A DNA stretch of 43,953 nucleotides from Calditrichia bacterium (GCA_037381445.1 JARRQT010000020.1:1-43953), one strand, 5' to 3'; counted from the first letter of the stretch, positions 28,426 through 37,183 are shown. Program-made: numbers and translations. Notes: generated from the sequence alone by a model not told the origin.

Positions 28426-31400
28426 TTATTTTTCCAGCCGTGTCCCAATGACGATGGGCGCCAGTTTGGTACGCTTTTTACCGCTCACCGGCTCCACCAC
28501 TTCCAGGTGACAGATATAGGTGCCGAGCGGAACGAAATTCAGATAGCGGTCGCGGCCGTCCCAATGGAGGGTATTGACCAGCAGCGTGGATTGTTCATCC
28601 AGGAGCGTGGTAATCAGTCTGCCGGCGGTGTCAAAAATCCGTAGAGTCACCTGATTGTTCACAGCCCCTGCGTTATATTTGATGGCAATTTTTTCACCCA
28701 CGTCCGGGACAAAGGGGTGAGGCGGAATGTCCAGAGAAACGCCGGCCAGGGAGGGCTGGTAGCTCGGATTCAGCACCAGATCTTCCTGATAAGCGGGTAA
28801 AATCTGGTAGCTGGGAGTTCCGTCGCTGGTGATGAAAACGCTGCCCACTCCCGAGGCAATCACGGCGCTGTTCACATCGATTGAATCCACATTGACTCCG
28901 GTGGTTCCCCACACCCGCAGCGTCAGGGGACCCGAGCCGTCATTAACAACGATATTCCAGTCATAAGGCGCTGCGGACGAGGTGGTATATTTATCCGTTA
29001 CCACGCCTTTCACACGGACATAGGTTCCGTCCCAAATCGGGCTGTTGGCCTCGCCGGTGGTTACTTCCACCGGTTTGGGGACCGGCACGCCCTCTTCCAG
29101 AATCTGCACAGCCCCTGAGGGTGTGATTTGGGTAACGTCCCGATATTCGCTGACGGTACCATTGAACTCAATCAGGTAGCCGCGTTTGAAATCGGTGGTG
29201 TCCGGCGCACCCGATTTATTGATATTGATTCCAAAACCCGACGCATCCTGCATGAAGGCAGAGGTCCTGTCTGTTCTGATGACAGCCGCGCCGACAGTCA
29301 CGATACCACGGATGGTGACCTGATCTTTGAACTGGCCGGAATTGGTCTGCAGGTCTTCAATCTGGTAGATGGGATTGTTGCCCACCTGGATGCGGGGGCT
29401 TTCCAGGATGAATGTTGGTGTGCCGCCGGCGACCGCTGTTTTTACCCAGAAATAGGCGTAAATCGAATCATTGGGAGCGGTGAGTCCTTTCAGGGTGACA
29501 ATTGCGCTGTCATTATCGGTTACAAGTGCATTGGAAAAAACCAGGCGGAAATGTCCGTATTCTGAAGTTATTTTCAGTTTGGCGCCCGTCAGACCGGAAC
29601 CGCCGGCACTGACATCATCAGCCAGCCCGCTCCACTGCCAGTTGGCAGGAACCAGGAATTCAATGGTCCTCAGGGAATCACCGACGCTGCTCCACATTTT
29701 TATGGTGGCGGATATGTTTCCCGTGCCCGGAGCGACATTGGCGGGTGTGATCTCCGCAAAGCCGTTCCCGTCGCCGGAAACAGTTTTACCCGGTTTGAAG
29801 ATATCATCCTGGTATCCCACCAGCATTTGCTGGGTGACGGCCCCTGTAGAACTGGATGTATAGACGCTGGCAACGCCCCGCGCGACGATAGTGTCACCAA
29901 CCGCAAAGGCGCTGAGGTTGACGCCGGTAGCATCCCAGATTCTTAACAGATAAGGGCCGGTACCGTCATCGACGGTGACATTGCTTCCGCCGCCGGCTGC
30001 ATACAGGTCCGTAATCTCTCCTTCAACCTGAACATAAGTCCCCTCCCAGCGGGCATCATTGGCCTCGCCGGTCTGCAGAATAAGGGCCGTAGGCAGCTCA
30101 CTGCCTTCGCCCAGAACATCCAATGTGTAACCGGTGATTTCGGTAACGCCATTGTATTCATCAACTGTTCCGGTAATGACCACCTGATTACCCCTGGTTA
30201 GGCGGCTGTCCACCGTTCCCGGCTGATAAACATTGATGCCGTATCCGGAATTATCCTGTACATAGGCGGAAGTAAAACTGGAAGTGGTCAGTCCGGCGCC
30301 AAAAGTCACCACGCCCATGATGGTCACGGTTTGTCCTTTGTACTGGGCGGTATTTAATTGTATGAGTGAGATTGGAGTGGCATTCACGCCCTCGCCAACG
30401 GTTACCCGCGGACTGGATTTGATGGTGGTGAGTATGCCGCCCTCGGTGGCGGTTTTCACGGTGAATGTGGAAAATTCATTGTTGTCCGGGGCCGTCAAAT
30501 TCTGGATCATGATATGACCGGACATGGCGGAACTGAGGGCGGCCTGTGTAACCTGAATGGTCTTCCCCTGTACCGCAAGCTGGGCGCCGGTGAATCCGGG
30601 TCCGCTGATCTGAACATCACTTTCCAAGCCGCTCCACTGCCAGGAGGCGGGAATGCTCAGTGAAACATCTTTCACAGTGTAACTGTTCTCGCCGTTCAGG
30701 GTGAAATCCAGCATGACCCCGCTTTCGCCTTTATTCACTGCATCCGGTGAAACGGAAGCTGTTCCCGATCCATCGCCGGGATTGGCGGTGATTTCCTGAA
30801 TATCGTTCTGGTAACCGACCACAATCTGACCCGCGAGCCGGTAGGAAGAAACGATGCCCTTTACATCAATTAGATCCCCGATCTGAAAACCGCTGGTATT
30901 CAGTTGGGAGGTATCCCATATTCTTACCGTGACGTCTCCGCTGCCGTCATTGATAACAAGGCTGGTCCCGCCGCCGGCGACATACATATCATTAATAGTG
31001 CCGGAGGTTTCGACATAGGTTCCTTCCAGAGACGTATCTGTGGCGCTCTGGGTGCTGAGGATCAGCGGTTGCGGCAGGGCCTGATCGGTAGAGATAAGTT
31101 GATAAGTAAAATTGGATATCTCGGTTGTATGGTCCAGGGAAGTCGAATTGACATATTCAATGACTTCTCCGGAAACCCTTAATTTGTTGCCTCGTATTAT
31201 ATCCGGGAAATTGGTCGGCATATCATTGGAAAAAAGGTTGATGCCTCTTCCCGAATTGTCCTGAATGTAGGCGCTGAGTCTTTGGTCGGTAGTAATGCCC
31301 TCGCCTATTGTTATCACCCCTTCGATGGTCACATTAGTATAATTGGATGGATTCGCCTGAATCTCCGCAATGGAAGCGATGACCGATGGTGCATAGACTG

Positions 31401-32532
31401 TTATCACAGGGCTGTTGCTGATGGGAGTCAGGGTTCCGTTTTGGATGGCGGTGTTGATTTGGAATGAAGACTGCTCGGGATTGGATGGAGAAGTCAATGC
31501 GGAAATTGCGATGGTTCCGCTATTTTGAAAAGTCAGATCAGTGTTGGTGATTGAAATCGTGCCGTTGCTTGCTGAAACGCTGGCTCCTGTGAAAGCCGCG
31601 CCGCCCAGAACCACGTCACTGCTGTTGTTGGTCCAGGTCCAGGAGGAAGGGATTTGCAATGAGATATCTGTTACGGGATTATCATTGTTCCCGTTGAGCG
31701 TGAATTTTATGGTGAGGGTTGAATCGGTTCGGATGGAATCTGGGCTGACAGAGGCCGTTCCGCTGCCGTTCCCGTTGGGGACCTGCAAATCCGTGCTGCC
31801 GGGGGTGGGCTGTTGCTGCTCCGCAAAATTCTGGTCTATGGGCTCGCTGGTTTCATCATGCCCGGTGATGCCGTTCCCTCCTGAATAGGTCTCGCCATCT
31901 TCCGTTACCGATATACGGGCAATCGAATTCCCCAGGAACGGATAAGGTAAAAATGGCTTTTGTTGATCCACGGGGGTATCCGGCAAATAGGTAGAGGGAG
32001 TAGAGTCGGGATCGGGCCCGTCGATAGAAATACCAGTCTTGTTAACAAAAGTGGCGGTCGTGGTATTCCACATGACGTAATCCACATCCTTAACAAGATC
32101 GGAGTGACCATTCCAGGAAAACATCATCACCATCTCATAATTGGATAAGGAGGCGTTGCTGCCCACATAGAGAGGCGTCATGTCCGGAACAGGAGCGCTG
32201 GTGCCTTTAATTTCATAATCGGCATTCTCCACACCGCTGCCATCAAATGCGACCACAATAACGGCGCCCGAGGCGATCGTAGCCCCATCGGGAAACTTCA
32301 CCAGAAAATCACTTGAGGCGGAACTATAAGTACCTTGCACCATTTCATAGTAGGTATTATAATCCGTTAGATATATGCTGTCCAACGGGAACGAATTGGG
32401 CAGCGGATTAAATATCTCGATGAAGGCATTATTTGCGGGCTGTGTCTGAATTTCGGAAATCAATAAATGATTCTGAGAAAAAGCAATTATTGGCAGAAAA
32501 AGAGACAAAAGCGTAATCGACCAAAATTTCAT
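28426..32532 (-). CDS. Large secreted protein: lamin-tail-like domain + 3x(Ig-like + two OB-fold-like domains) + T9SS/FlgD-like C-terminal domain
   Basis: ATG 32532 follows GGAG; signal peptide; LLISEI...FIEIFNP...PTPG (lamin-tail-like); repeated VTI.GVVT...AY.QD.SG.GI..G..V.V.G.V.EY..TEI and EGTYV.V.G.....V.DGSG...RIW...GD.I...G; CTD PF.P...VTLRIFD.AGRLI...WDGRD...VP.GTYI. Confidence 0.85.
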   Translation of the reverse strand: MKFWSITLLSLFLPIIAFSQNHLLISEIQTQPANNAFIEIFNPLPNSFPLDSIYLTDYNTYYEMVQGTYSSASSDFLVKFPDGATIASGAVIVVAFDGSGVENADYEIKGTSAPVPDMTPLYVGSNASLSNYEMVMMFSWNGHSDLVKDVDYVMWNTTTATFVNKTGISIDGPDPDSTPSTYLPDTPVDQQKPFLPYPFLGNSIARISVTEDGETYSGGNGITGHDETSEPIDQNFAEQQQPTPGSTDLQVPNGNGSGTASVSPDSIRTDSTLTIKFTLNGNNDNPVTDISLQIPSSWTWTNNSSDVVLGGAAFTGASVSASNGTISITNTDLTFQNSGTIAISALTSPSNPEQSSFQINTAIQNGTLTPISNSPVITVYAPSVIASIAEIQANPSNYTNVTIEGVITIGEGITTDQRLSAYIQDNSGRGINLFSNDMPTNFPDIIRGNKLRVSGEVIEYVNSTSLDHTTEISNFTYQLISTDQALPQPLILSTQSATDTSLEGTYVETSGTINDMYVAGGGTSLVINDGSGDVTVRIWDTSQLNTSGFQIGDLIDVKGIVSSYRLAGQIVVGYQNDIQEITANPGDGSGTASVSPDAVNKGESGVMLDFTLNGENSYTVKDVSLSIPASWQWSGLESDVQISGPGFTGAQLAVQGKTIQVTQAALSSAMSGHIMIQNLTAPDNNEFSTFTVKTATEGGILTTIKSSPRVTVGEGVNATPISLIQLNTAQYKGQTVTIMGVVTFGAGLTTSSFTSAYVQDNSGYGINVYQPGTVDSRLTRGNQVVITGTVDEYNGVTEITGYTLDVLGEGSELPTALILQTGEANDARWEGTYVQVEGEITDLYAAGGGSNVTVDDGTGPYLLRIWDATGVNLSAFAVGDTIVARGVASVYTSSSTGAVTQQMLVGYQDDIFKPGKTVSGDGNGFAEITPANVAPGTGNISATIKMWSSVGDSLRTIEFLVPANWQWSGLADDVSAGGSGLTGAKLKITSEYGHFRLVFSNALVTDNDSAIVTLKGLTAPNDSIYAYFWVKTAVAGGTPTFILESPRIQVGNNPIYQIEDLQTNSGQFKDQVTIRGIVTVGAAVIRTDRTSAFMQDASGFGININKSGAPDTTDFKRGYLIEFNGTVSEYRDVTQITPSGAVQILEEGVPVPKPVEVTTGEANSPIWDGTYVRVKGVVTDKYTTSSAAPYDWNIVVNDGSGPLTLRVWGTTGVNVDSIDVNSAVIASGVGSVFITSDGTPSYQILPAYQEDLVLNPSYQPSLAGVSLDIPPHPFVPDVGEKIAIKYNAGAVNNQVTLRIFDTAGRLITTLLDEQSTLLVNTLHWDGRDRYLNFVPLGTYICHLEVVEPVSGKKRTKLAPIVIGTRLEK
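28775..31776 (-). repeat. Three diverged tandem intragenic repeats of ~1000 nt (~334 aa)
   Basis: Units start at ~31776 (NGNGSGTASVSP), ~30777 (GDGSGTASVSP) and ~29775 (GDGNGFAEITP). Each contains P.SW.W, QD.SG.GIN, (E/D)GTYV, DG(S/T)G..R(I/V)W and ends in (G/A)YQ.D. Confidence 0.9.
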
Positions 32533-32576
32533 AAAATATTTCTCCAAAAATTAGTTTTAAGATTCACAATCTGTGA

Positions 32577-32605
32577 AATATATGCTCTTGATCATATAGA
32601 ATCAA
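32577..32605 (-). promoter_or_regulatory. Putative promoter of the four-gene operon (TTGATT-N17-TATATT)
   Basis: Consensus-like hexamers 45 nt upstream of ATG 32532, overlapped or abutted by inverted repeats. Confidence 0.55.
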
Positions 32606-32645
32606 GCATATGAAAAATTGCTTATAATAAAATCTAAACAATATT

Positions 32646-32674
32646 TTGATTTAATCGGTAGTAGTATTTAAATT
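32646..32674 (+). promoter_or_regulatory. Putative uppS promoter (TTGATT-N17-TAAATT)
   Basis: Recurring motif just upstream of the uppS start. Confidence 0.55.
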
Positions 32675-32690
32675 TGTCCTAAAAATTGAT

Positions 32691-33476
32691 ATGGGAAAGC
32701 AAAGTAAGATATTGAAGGAACTCGAAAAAATCCTAAATGATAATGATGCCCATATTCCGAGACATGTTGCGATTATTATGGATGGAAACGGGCGCTGGGC
32801 AAAAAAACGCGGTCTGCCCCGGGTGGCCGGGCATAACGAGGGAATAAAGTCGGTGCGAGCCAACGTGGAAGCCGCCGGCGAAATTGGAGTAAAAGTCCTT
32901 ACCCTCTACACCTTTTCCAAGGAGAACTGGTTTCGTCCCCGGCAGGAGGTTTCGGCACTGATGAAATTGCTGGTAAACACCCTGCGGCGGGAGATTGAGG
33001 ATTTGCTCAATAAAAATGTGCGCCTGCAGGCAATCGGGAACATAGAAGATTTGCCCGAACCGGCGTATGAAGAACTGCTTTATGGTATTGAACGGACACG
33101 TCATAACACCGGATTAATTTTGAACCTGGCGTTGAGTTACAGCGGACGCGGAGAAATCCTGGACGCGGTGCGGGATATTGCATTCAAAGTGAAGGCCGGG
33201 TTGATTCAGCCGGAGGAAATCAGCGAGCAGGTTATTTCTTCCCATCTTTATACATACGATTTACCCGATCCGGATATGTTGATTCGTACCAGCGGTGAAT
33301 CGAGGATAAGCAATTTTCTGCTCTGGCAGTTATCCTATACGGAGCTTTATGTGACAAAGACATTGTGGCCCGATTTCAGAAAGCATGAATTTTATGAGGC
33401 GATTATTAATTATCTGAACCGCGAACGCCGGTTCGGGAAAGTCAGCGAACAAGTTGTTCAGAATGCTACAGGATAA
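32691..33476 (+). CDS. uppS: Undecaprenyl diphosphate synthase (isoprenyl transferase)
   Basis: PRHVAIIMDGNGRWA, YTFSKENWFRP..EV, ALSYSGR and DPDMLIRTSGESRISNFLLWQ. Confidence 0.97.
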   Translation: MGKQSKILKELEKILNDNDAHIPRHVAIIMDGNGRWAKKRGLPRVAGHNEGIKSVRANVEAAGEIGVKVLTLYTFSKENWFRPRQEVSALMKLLVNTLRREIEDLLNKNVRLQAIGNIEDLPEPAYEELLYGIERTRHNTGLILNLALSYSGRGEILDAVRDIAFKVKAGLIQPEEISEQVISSHLYTYDLPDPDMLIRTSGESRISNFLLWQLSYTELYVTKTLWPDFRKHEFYEAIINYLNRERRFGKVSEQVVQNATG

Positions 33477-33882
33477 CGATTTTTTAAAAAAAGTCAGCGA
33501 TATATTTCGCAGAATCTGGGAATTTATCGTTTCCTTCCGGAAAATCTTCCTGATCTGGCTGGCGCTTACCTTTTTTGTCATCATCGGGATTGCGCTGGGC
33601 CTCAATAGCAAAGCTATAGCCTTTCTGGCCATCATATTTGGCATAATCAGCCAGGCCTTTATCGGGCTCCTCAATTTGCTGGCCCTAATCCCCGTTGTCG
33701 GTCCCTTGGTAGCAAAAGTGCTTGCCCTGCCTTTTTACTGGCTTCTCAATGCGCTGGGTTATTTTGTGTCTATCATTGCCATTAAACGCGGTTTCAAGAA
33801 GGATGTGCTCAATTACCGGGTCTTAACGGTGGTGTTTTTAGTCGGAATTGTGGTTGGATTTATAATAGGAAAAATCATCTAA
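33463..33882 (+). CDS. Hypothetical multi-pass membrane protein (~139 aa)
   Basis: Very hydrophobic ORF overlapping the uppS stop; several TM-like segments. Confidence 0.75.
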   Translation: MLQDNDFLKKVSDIFRRIWEFIVSFRKIFLIWLALTFFVIIGIALGLNSKAIAFLAIIFGIISQAFIGLLNLLALIPVVGPLVAKVLALPFYWLLNALGYFVSIIAIKRGFKKDVLNYRVLTVVFLVGIVVGFIIGKII

Positions 33883-33998
33883 GGAAGGACCGGATTCATT
33901 CCCCCCACCCGAAAACATTCTGAATAAAATTTTACTTTCCGGAAACTTTTTGATCAGGAATCTATAATAATGAAGGTCTAAAAATTGCCGGTATTTTA

Positions 33999-35270
33999 AT
34001 GGACGAATTCACAAAGACAATAGAGTACCTCTATAGTTTGCAGTATTCAGGAATCAAACTCGGATTGGATAATATAACCGGTTTGCTGGAACACATTGGA
34101 AATCCTCAGAAACACTGGCCCGCAATCCATCTTGCCGGAACCAACGGAAAAGGCTCAACCGCCGCCTTTATCTACTCTGTTCTGAAGTCGGCCGGATACC
34201 GGACGGGGTTGTACACTTCTCCGCATCTGGTGGATTTCCGGGAGAGGATTCGGGTGAATGACGAACTCATTCCCCGGGAAACGCTCGCCAGGTATACCAG
34301 CGAAATGAAATCCGTTATCGAGGAGATAAAGCCGACCTTTTTCGAAGCGACCACGGCCCTTGCCTTTAAATATTTTGCGGAACAGCAGGTGGATATTGCG
34401 GTAGTCGAAACCGGGCTGGGCGGGCGTCTGGATGCAACTAATCTGGTGCAGCCCCTGGTAACTGTGATTACCCCAATCGACATTGACCACGAGCAGTATC
34501 TGGGGAAAGGCACTCGTAATATTGCCGGTGAAAAAGCCGGTATCATAAAGGAAAATATCCCGTGCGTGATAAACATTGAGGTACCTGAAGTCGCGAAAAT
34601 TTTTGAAGAAAGATGTTCGCAAAGAAATGCTCCTTTCTACAATGTCAGAACTTTCGCTTCGCTGCAGATTCTGAGGGAATCAGTGTTTGGAACGGTTTTT
34701 AATCTTGAGATGGAAAACGATAATTTTAGGAACCTCGGGATTTCGCTCGCCGGAGAGCACCAAGCGTGGAATGCAGCGCTGGCGGCGGCTGCCCTCCGGC
34801 GGACAGAAGGATTTAAAATCACGGAACAAAATTTGCAGAGTGGCTTACAACAGGCGGAATGGGCGGGAAGGTTACAGGTTATAAGAAAAGAGCCGCTTAC
34901 TATTTTGGATGTGGCCCATAATCCCCATGGTTTTTCGAAAGTATTCCGATTCCTGAAGAAACAATTCCCGGATAAAAAAATTTTTGTGATGGTCGGCTTA
35001 GCAAAAGATAAAGATTACCATTCCATTGCCGATATTATAAAGTGGAATGCCGATATTGTGGGTGTGATCGATCATTTCTCCGAGAAGGAACTGGAAGCGG
35101 ATTTCCTGCTGGAGGCACTGAAGGACGGCACCGCAAGCATTCATAGATACGCGAACATAACAGAAGGATACAATGAATTGAACCGTCAGATTGAATCAAA
35201 AGATTTGCTGCTGATCATCGGTTCCCATTATCTGGCGGGCGAGTTTTTTCAAAAAATACAAATTTCTTGA
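33999..35270 (+). CDS. folC: Folylpolyglutamate synthase / dihydrofolate synthase
   Basis: HLAGTNGKGS, GLYTSPHL..FRERI, TFFEATT, ETGLGGRLDATN, IAGEKAGI and LDVAHNP. Confidence 0.96.
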   Translation: MDEFTKTIEYLYSLQYSGIKLGLDNITGLLEHIGNPQKHWPAIHLAGTNGKGSTAAFIYSVLKSAGYRTGLYTSPHLVDFRERIRVNDELIPRETLARYTSEMKSVIEEIKPTFFEATTALAFKYFAEQQVDIAVVETGLGGRLDATNLVQPLVTVITPIDIDHEQYLGKGTRNIAGEKAGIIKENIPCVINIEVPEVAKIFEERCSQRNAPFYNVRTFASLQILRESVFGTVFNLEMENDNFRNLGISLAGEHQAWNAALAAAALRRTEGFKITEQNLQSGLQQAEWAGRLQVIRKEPLTILDVAHNPHGFSKVFRFLKKQFPDKKIFVMVGLAKDKDYHSIADIIKWNADIVGVIDHFSEKELEADFLLEALKDGTASIHRYANITEGYNELNRQIESKDLLLIIGSHYLAGEFFQKIQIS

Positions 35271-35295
35271 TTTTAATAATTGAAGACCATAAATT
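35267..35295 (+). promoter_or_regulatory. Putative rho promoter (TTGATT-N17-TAAATT)
   Basis: Recurring motif; predicts a 5' leader of ~125 nt before rho. Confidence 0.5.
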
Positions 35296-35427
35296 TTGCG
35301 TCGGAGTTGGTGTGCTTCAAAGGGTCTTCTTTTTACTCCCCGTTTTAATCACCCTGGTAAAGGTGTTGGGATATTGAATCCATTATAATTATCATAAACA
35401 AAATTAATTTAGTTGAGGAAATGTTAA

Positions 35428-36616
35428 ATGTTAGATCTTGACTCGTTAAAATCGTTGAAAATCTCTGAACTGGCTCAGGTTGCCCAGGAATTAGGTATTC
35501 AAGGTACTTCGGGTTTGAAGAAACAGGAATTAATATTCAAAATCCTGGAAGAGCAGACGGCGCAGGAAGGTCTGATCTTTTCTGAAGGCGTGCTGGAAGT
35601 ACTGCCCGACGGCTACGGATTCCTGCGTTCTCCAAATTTTAATTATCTGCCCGGCCCCGATGACATCTATGTTTCTCCCTCCCAGATCAAGCGTTTTGAT
35701 CTGCGGACCGGAGATACCGTGCAGGGTCAGATTCGCCCCCCCAAGGACAATGAACGCTTTTTTGCGTTGCTACGTAACCCCTATCTATCCGCTGGAAAGA
35801 CTGGACCTTGAAACCAATCCAAAAGAATCGACCATGCGGATAATGAATCTTTTGACGCCGATCGGAAAAGGACAGCGTGGTCTGATCGTTTCTCCGCCGC
35901 GGGCCGGGAAAACGGTGATCCTGCAGAAAATTGCCAATTCCATAACGGCAAACCATCCCGAGGTAGTGCTGATTGTGCTGTTGATCGATGAGCGCCCCGA
36001 GGAAGTAACCGATATGGAAAGGAATGTCAAAGCAGAAGTAGTGTCTTCCACATTTGATGAACCGGCCGAGCGTCACGTGCAGGTTGCGGATATGGTGATG
36101 GAAAAAGCCAAACGCCTGGTGGAATACAAAAAAGACGTTGTCATCCTGCTGGATAGTATTACCCGTCTGGCCCGTGCGCACAACACCGTGGTGCCCCACA
36201 GCGGCAAGATTCTTTCCGGTGGTGTGGATTCGAACGCATTGCAGCGTCCGAAAAGGTTTTTCGGCGCCGCCCGTGATATTGAAGAAGGGGGAAGCCTTAC
36301 TATTCTGGCCACCGCCCTGGTGGAAACCGGGTCGCGTATGGACGAGGTGATTTTTGAAGAATTTAAGGGAACCGGTAATATGGAAATTGTGCTGGATCGC
36401 CGTCTGGCGGACCGCCGTATTTTCCCGGCAATCGATATCAACCGTTCAGGCACCAGAAGAGAAGAGCTGCTGCTGTCCAAGAAGGAGCTGTCCAGAGTCT
36501 GGGTGCTGCGTAAACTGCTGAATGAAATGAATCCCATAGAAGCCATGGAATTTCTGCTGGATAAGATGCGCGGAACGCGCAACAACAACGAATTCCTGGA
36601 TTCCATGAGTTCCTGA
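35428..36616 (+). CDS. rho: Transcription termination factor Rho, broken by an apparent ~62-nt deletion at ~35775
   Basis: Frame 1 has [25 protein letters not shown] and ERFFALLR. Frame 2 has [44 protein letters not shown] and EEFKGTGN. The ~21 residues that link ALL(K/R) and TP in E. coli Rho are missing. Confidence 0.93.
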
Positions 36617-36753
36617 CAGCTTCCCCAGGCGGAAGTTGCCCGGGATTTAATAATCCGGGAACTCCGCATAGCCTTCACCATATAAGGACTGTTTATTACG
36701 GAAATTTGATATGAAAATATCGATAAATTTGTGTGATAAATTTATTTGGAGGC

Positions 36754-36782
36754 TTGCATTTATTAATAAAGTCATTTAAATT
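36754..36782 (+). promoter_or_regulatory. Putative rpmE promoter (TTGCAT-N17-TAAATT)
   Basis: Recurring motif upstream of the AGGAGG RBS. Confidence 0.55.
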
Positions 36783-36822
36783 TTACGGCTTTATTATATA
36801 GAATAATATCAGGAGGTTTATT

Positions 36823-37026
36823 TTGAAACAGGGCATACATCCGGAATACAAAAAAGCAAAAGTGATTTGCGCGTGTGGCAATACATTTGAAACCCGCTCA
36901 ACGGTCAGCGAATTACATGTGGAAATTTGCTCCAACTGCCATCCGTTCTTTACGGGTAAACAGAAACTGGTGGACACCGCCGGACGCGTGGAAAAATTCC
37001 TGAAAAAATACGGCGAACGCCGTTAG
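36823..37026 (+). CDS. rpmE: 50S ribosomal protein L31 (Zn-binding type)
   Basis: [13 protein letters not shown]...[10 protein letters not shown] and [12 protein letters not shown] start follows AGGAGG. Confidence 0.97.
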   Translation: MKQGIHPEYKKAKVICACGNTFETRSTVSELHVEICSNCHPFFTGKQKLVDTAGRVEKFLKKYGERR

Positions 37027-37046
37027 CTACATATTTTGTATATTTT

Positions 37047-37090
37047 CAAAAACGGAATACCCTGGAAGTAGCGGGTGTTCCGTTTTTGTT
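37047..37090 (+). terminator. Intrinsic terminator after rpmE
   Basis: CAAAAACGGAATACCC-loop-GGGTGTTCCGTTTTTG hairpin with a T-rich tail. Confidence 0.75.
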
Positions 37091-37183
37091 GTTATATAAT
37101 GTGAGAAAATGCAGGCATTTTGAAGAATCCCGAAAATTCCAGAAATGTCTGTCACATTAACATAAAATCAGGTGGATAAAAGA

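Noticed and set aside
28775..31776. CRISPR-like or DGR-like DNA repeats
   Set aside because: The repeats are ~1-kb diverged protein-domain duplications within one ORF; there are no short identical repeats with spacers, no cas genes and no reverse transcriptase.
35760..35811. Programmed ribosomal frameshift in rho
   Set aside because: About 21 conserved residues are physically absent and there is no slippery site, so frameshifting could not restore the protein.
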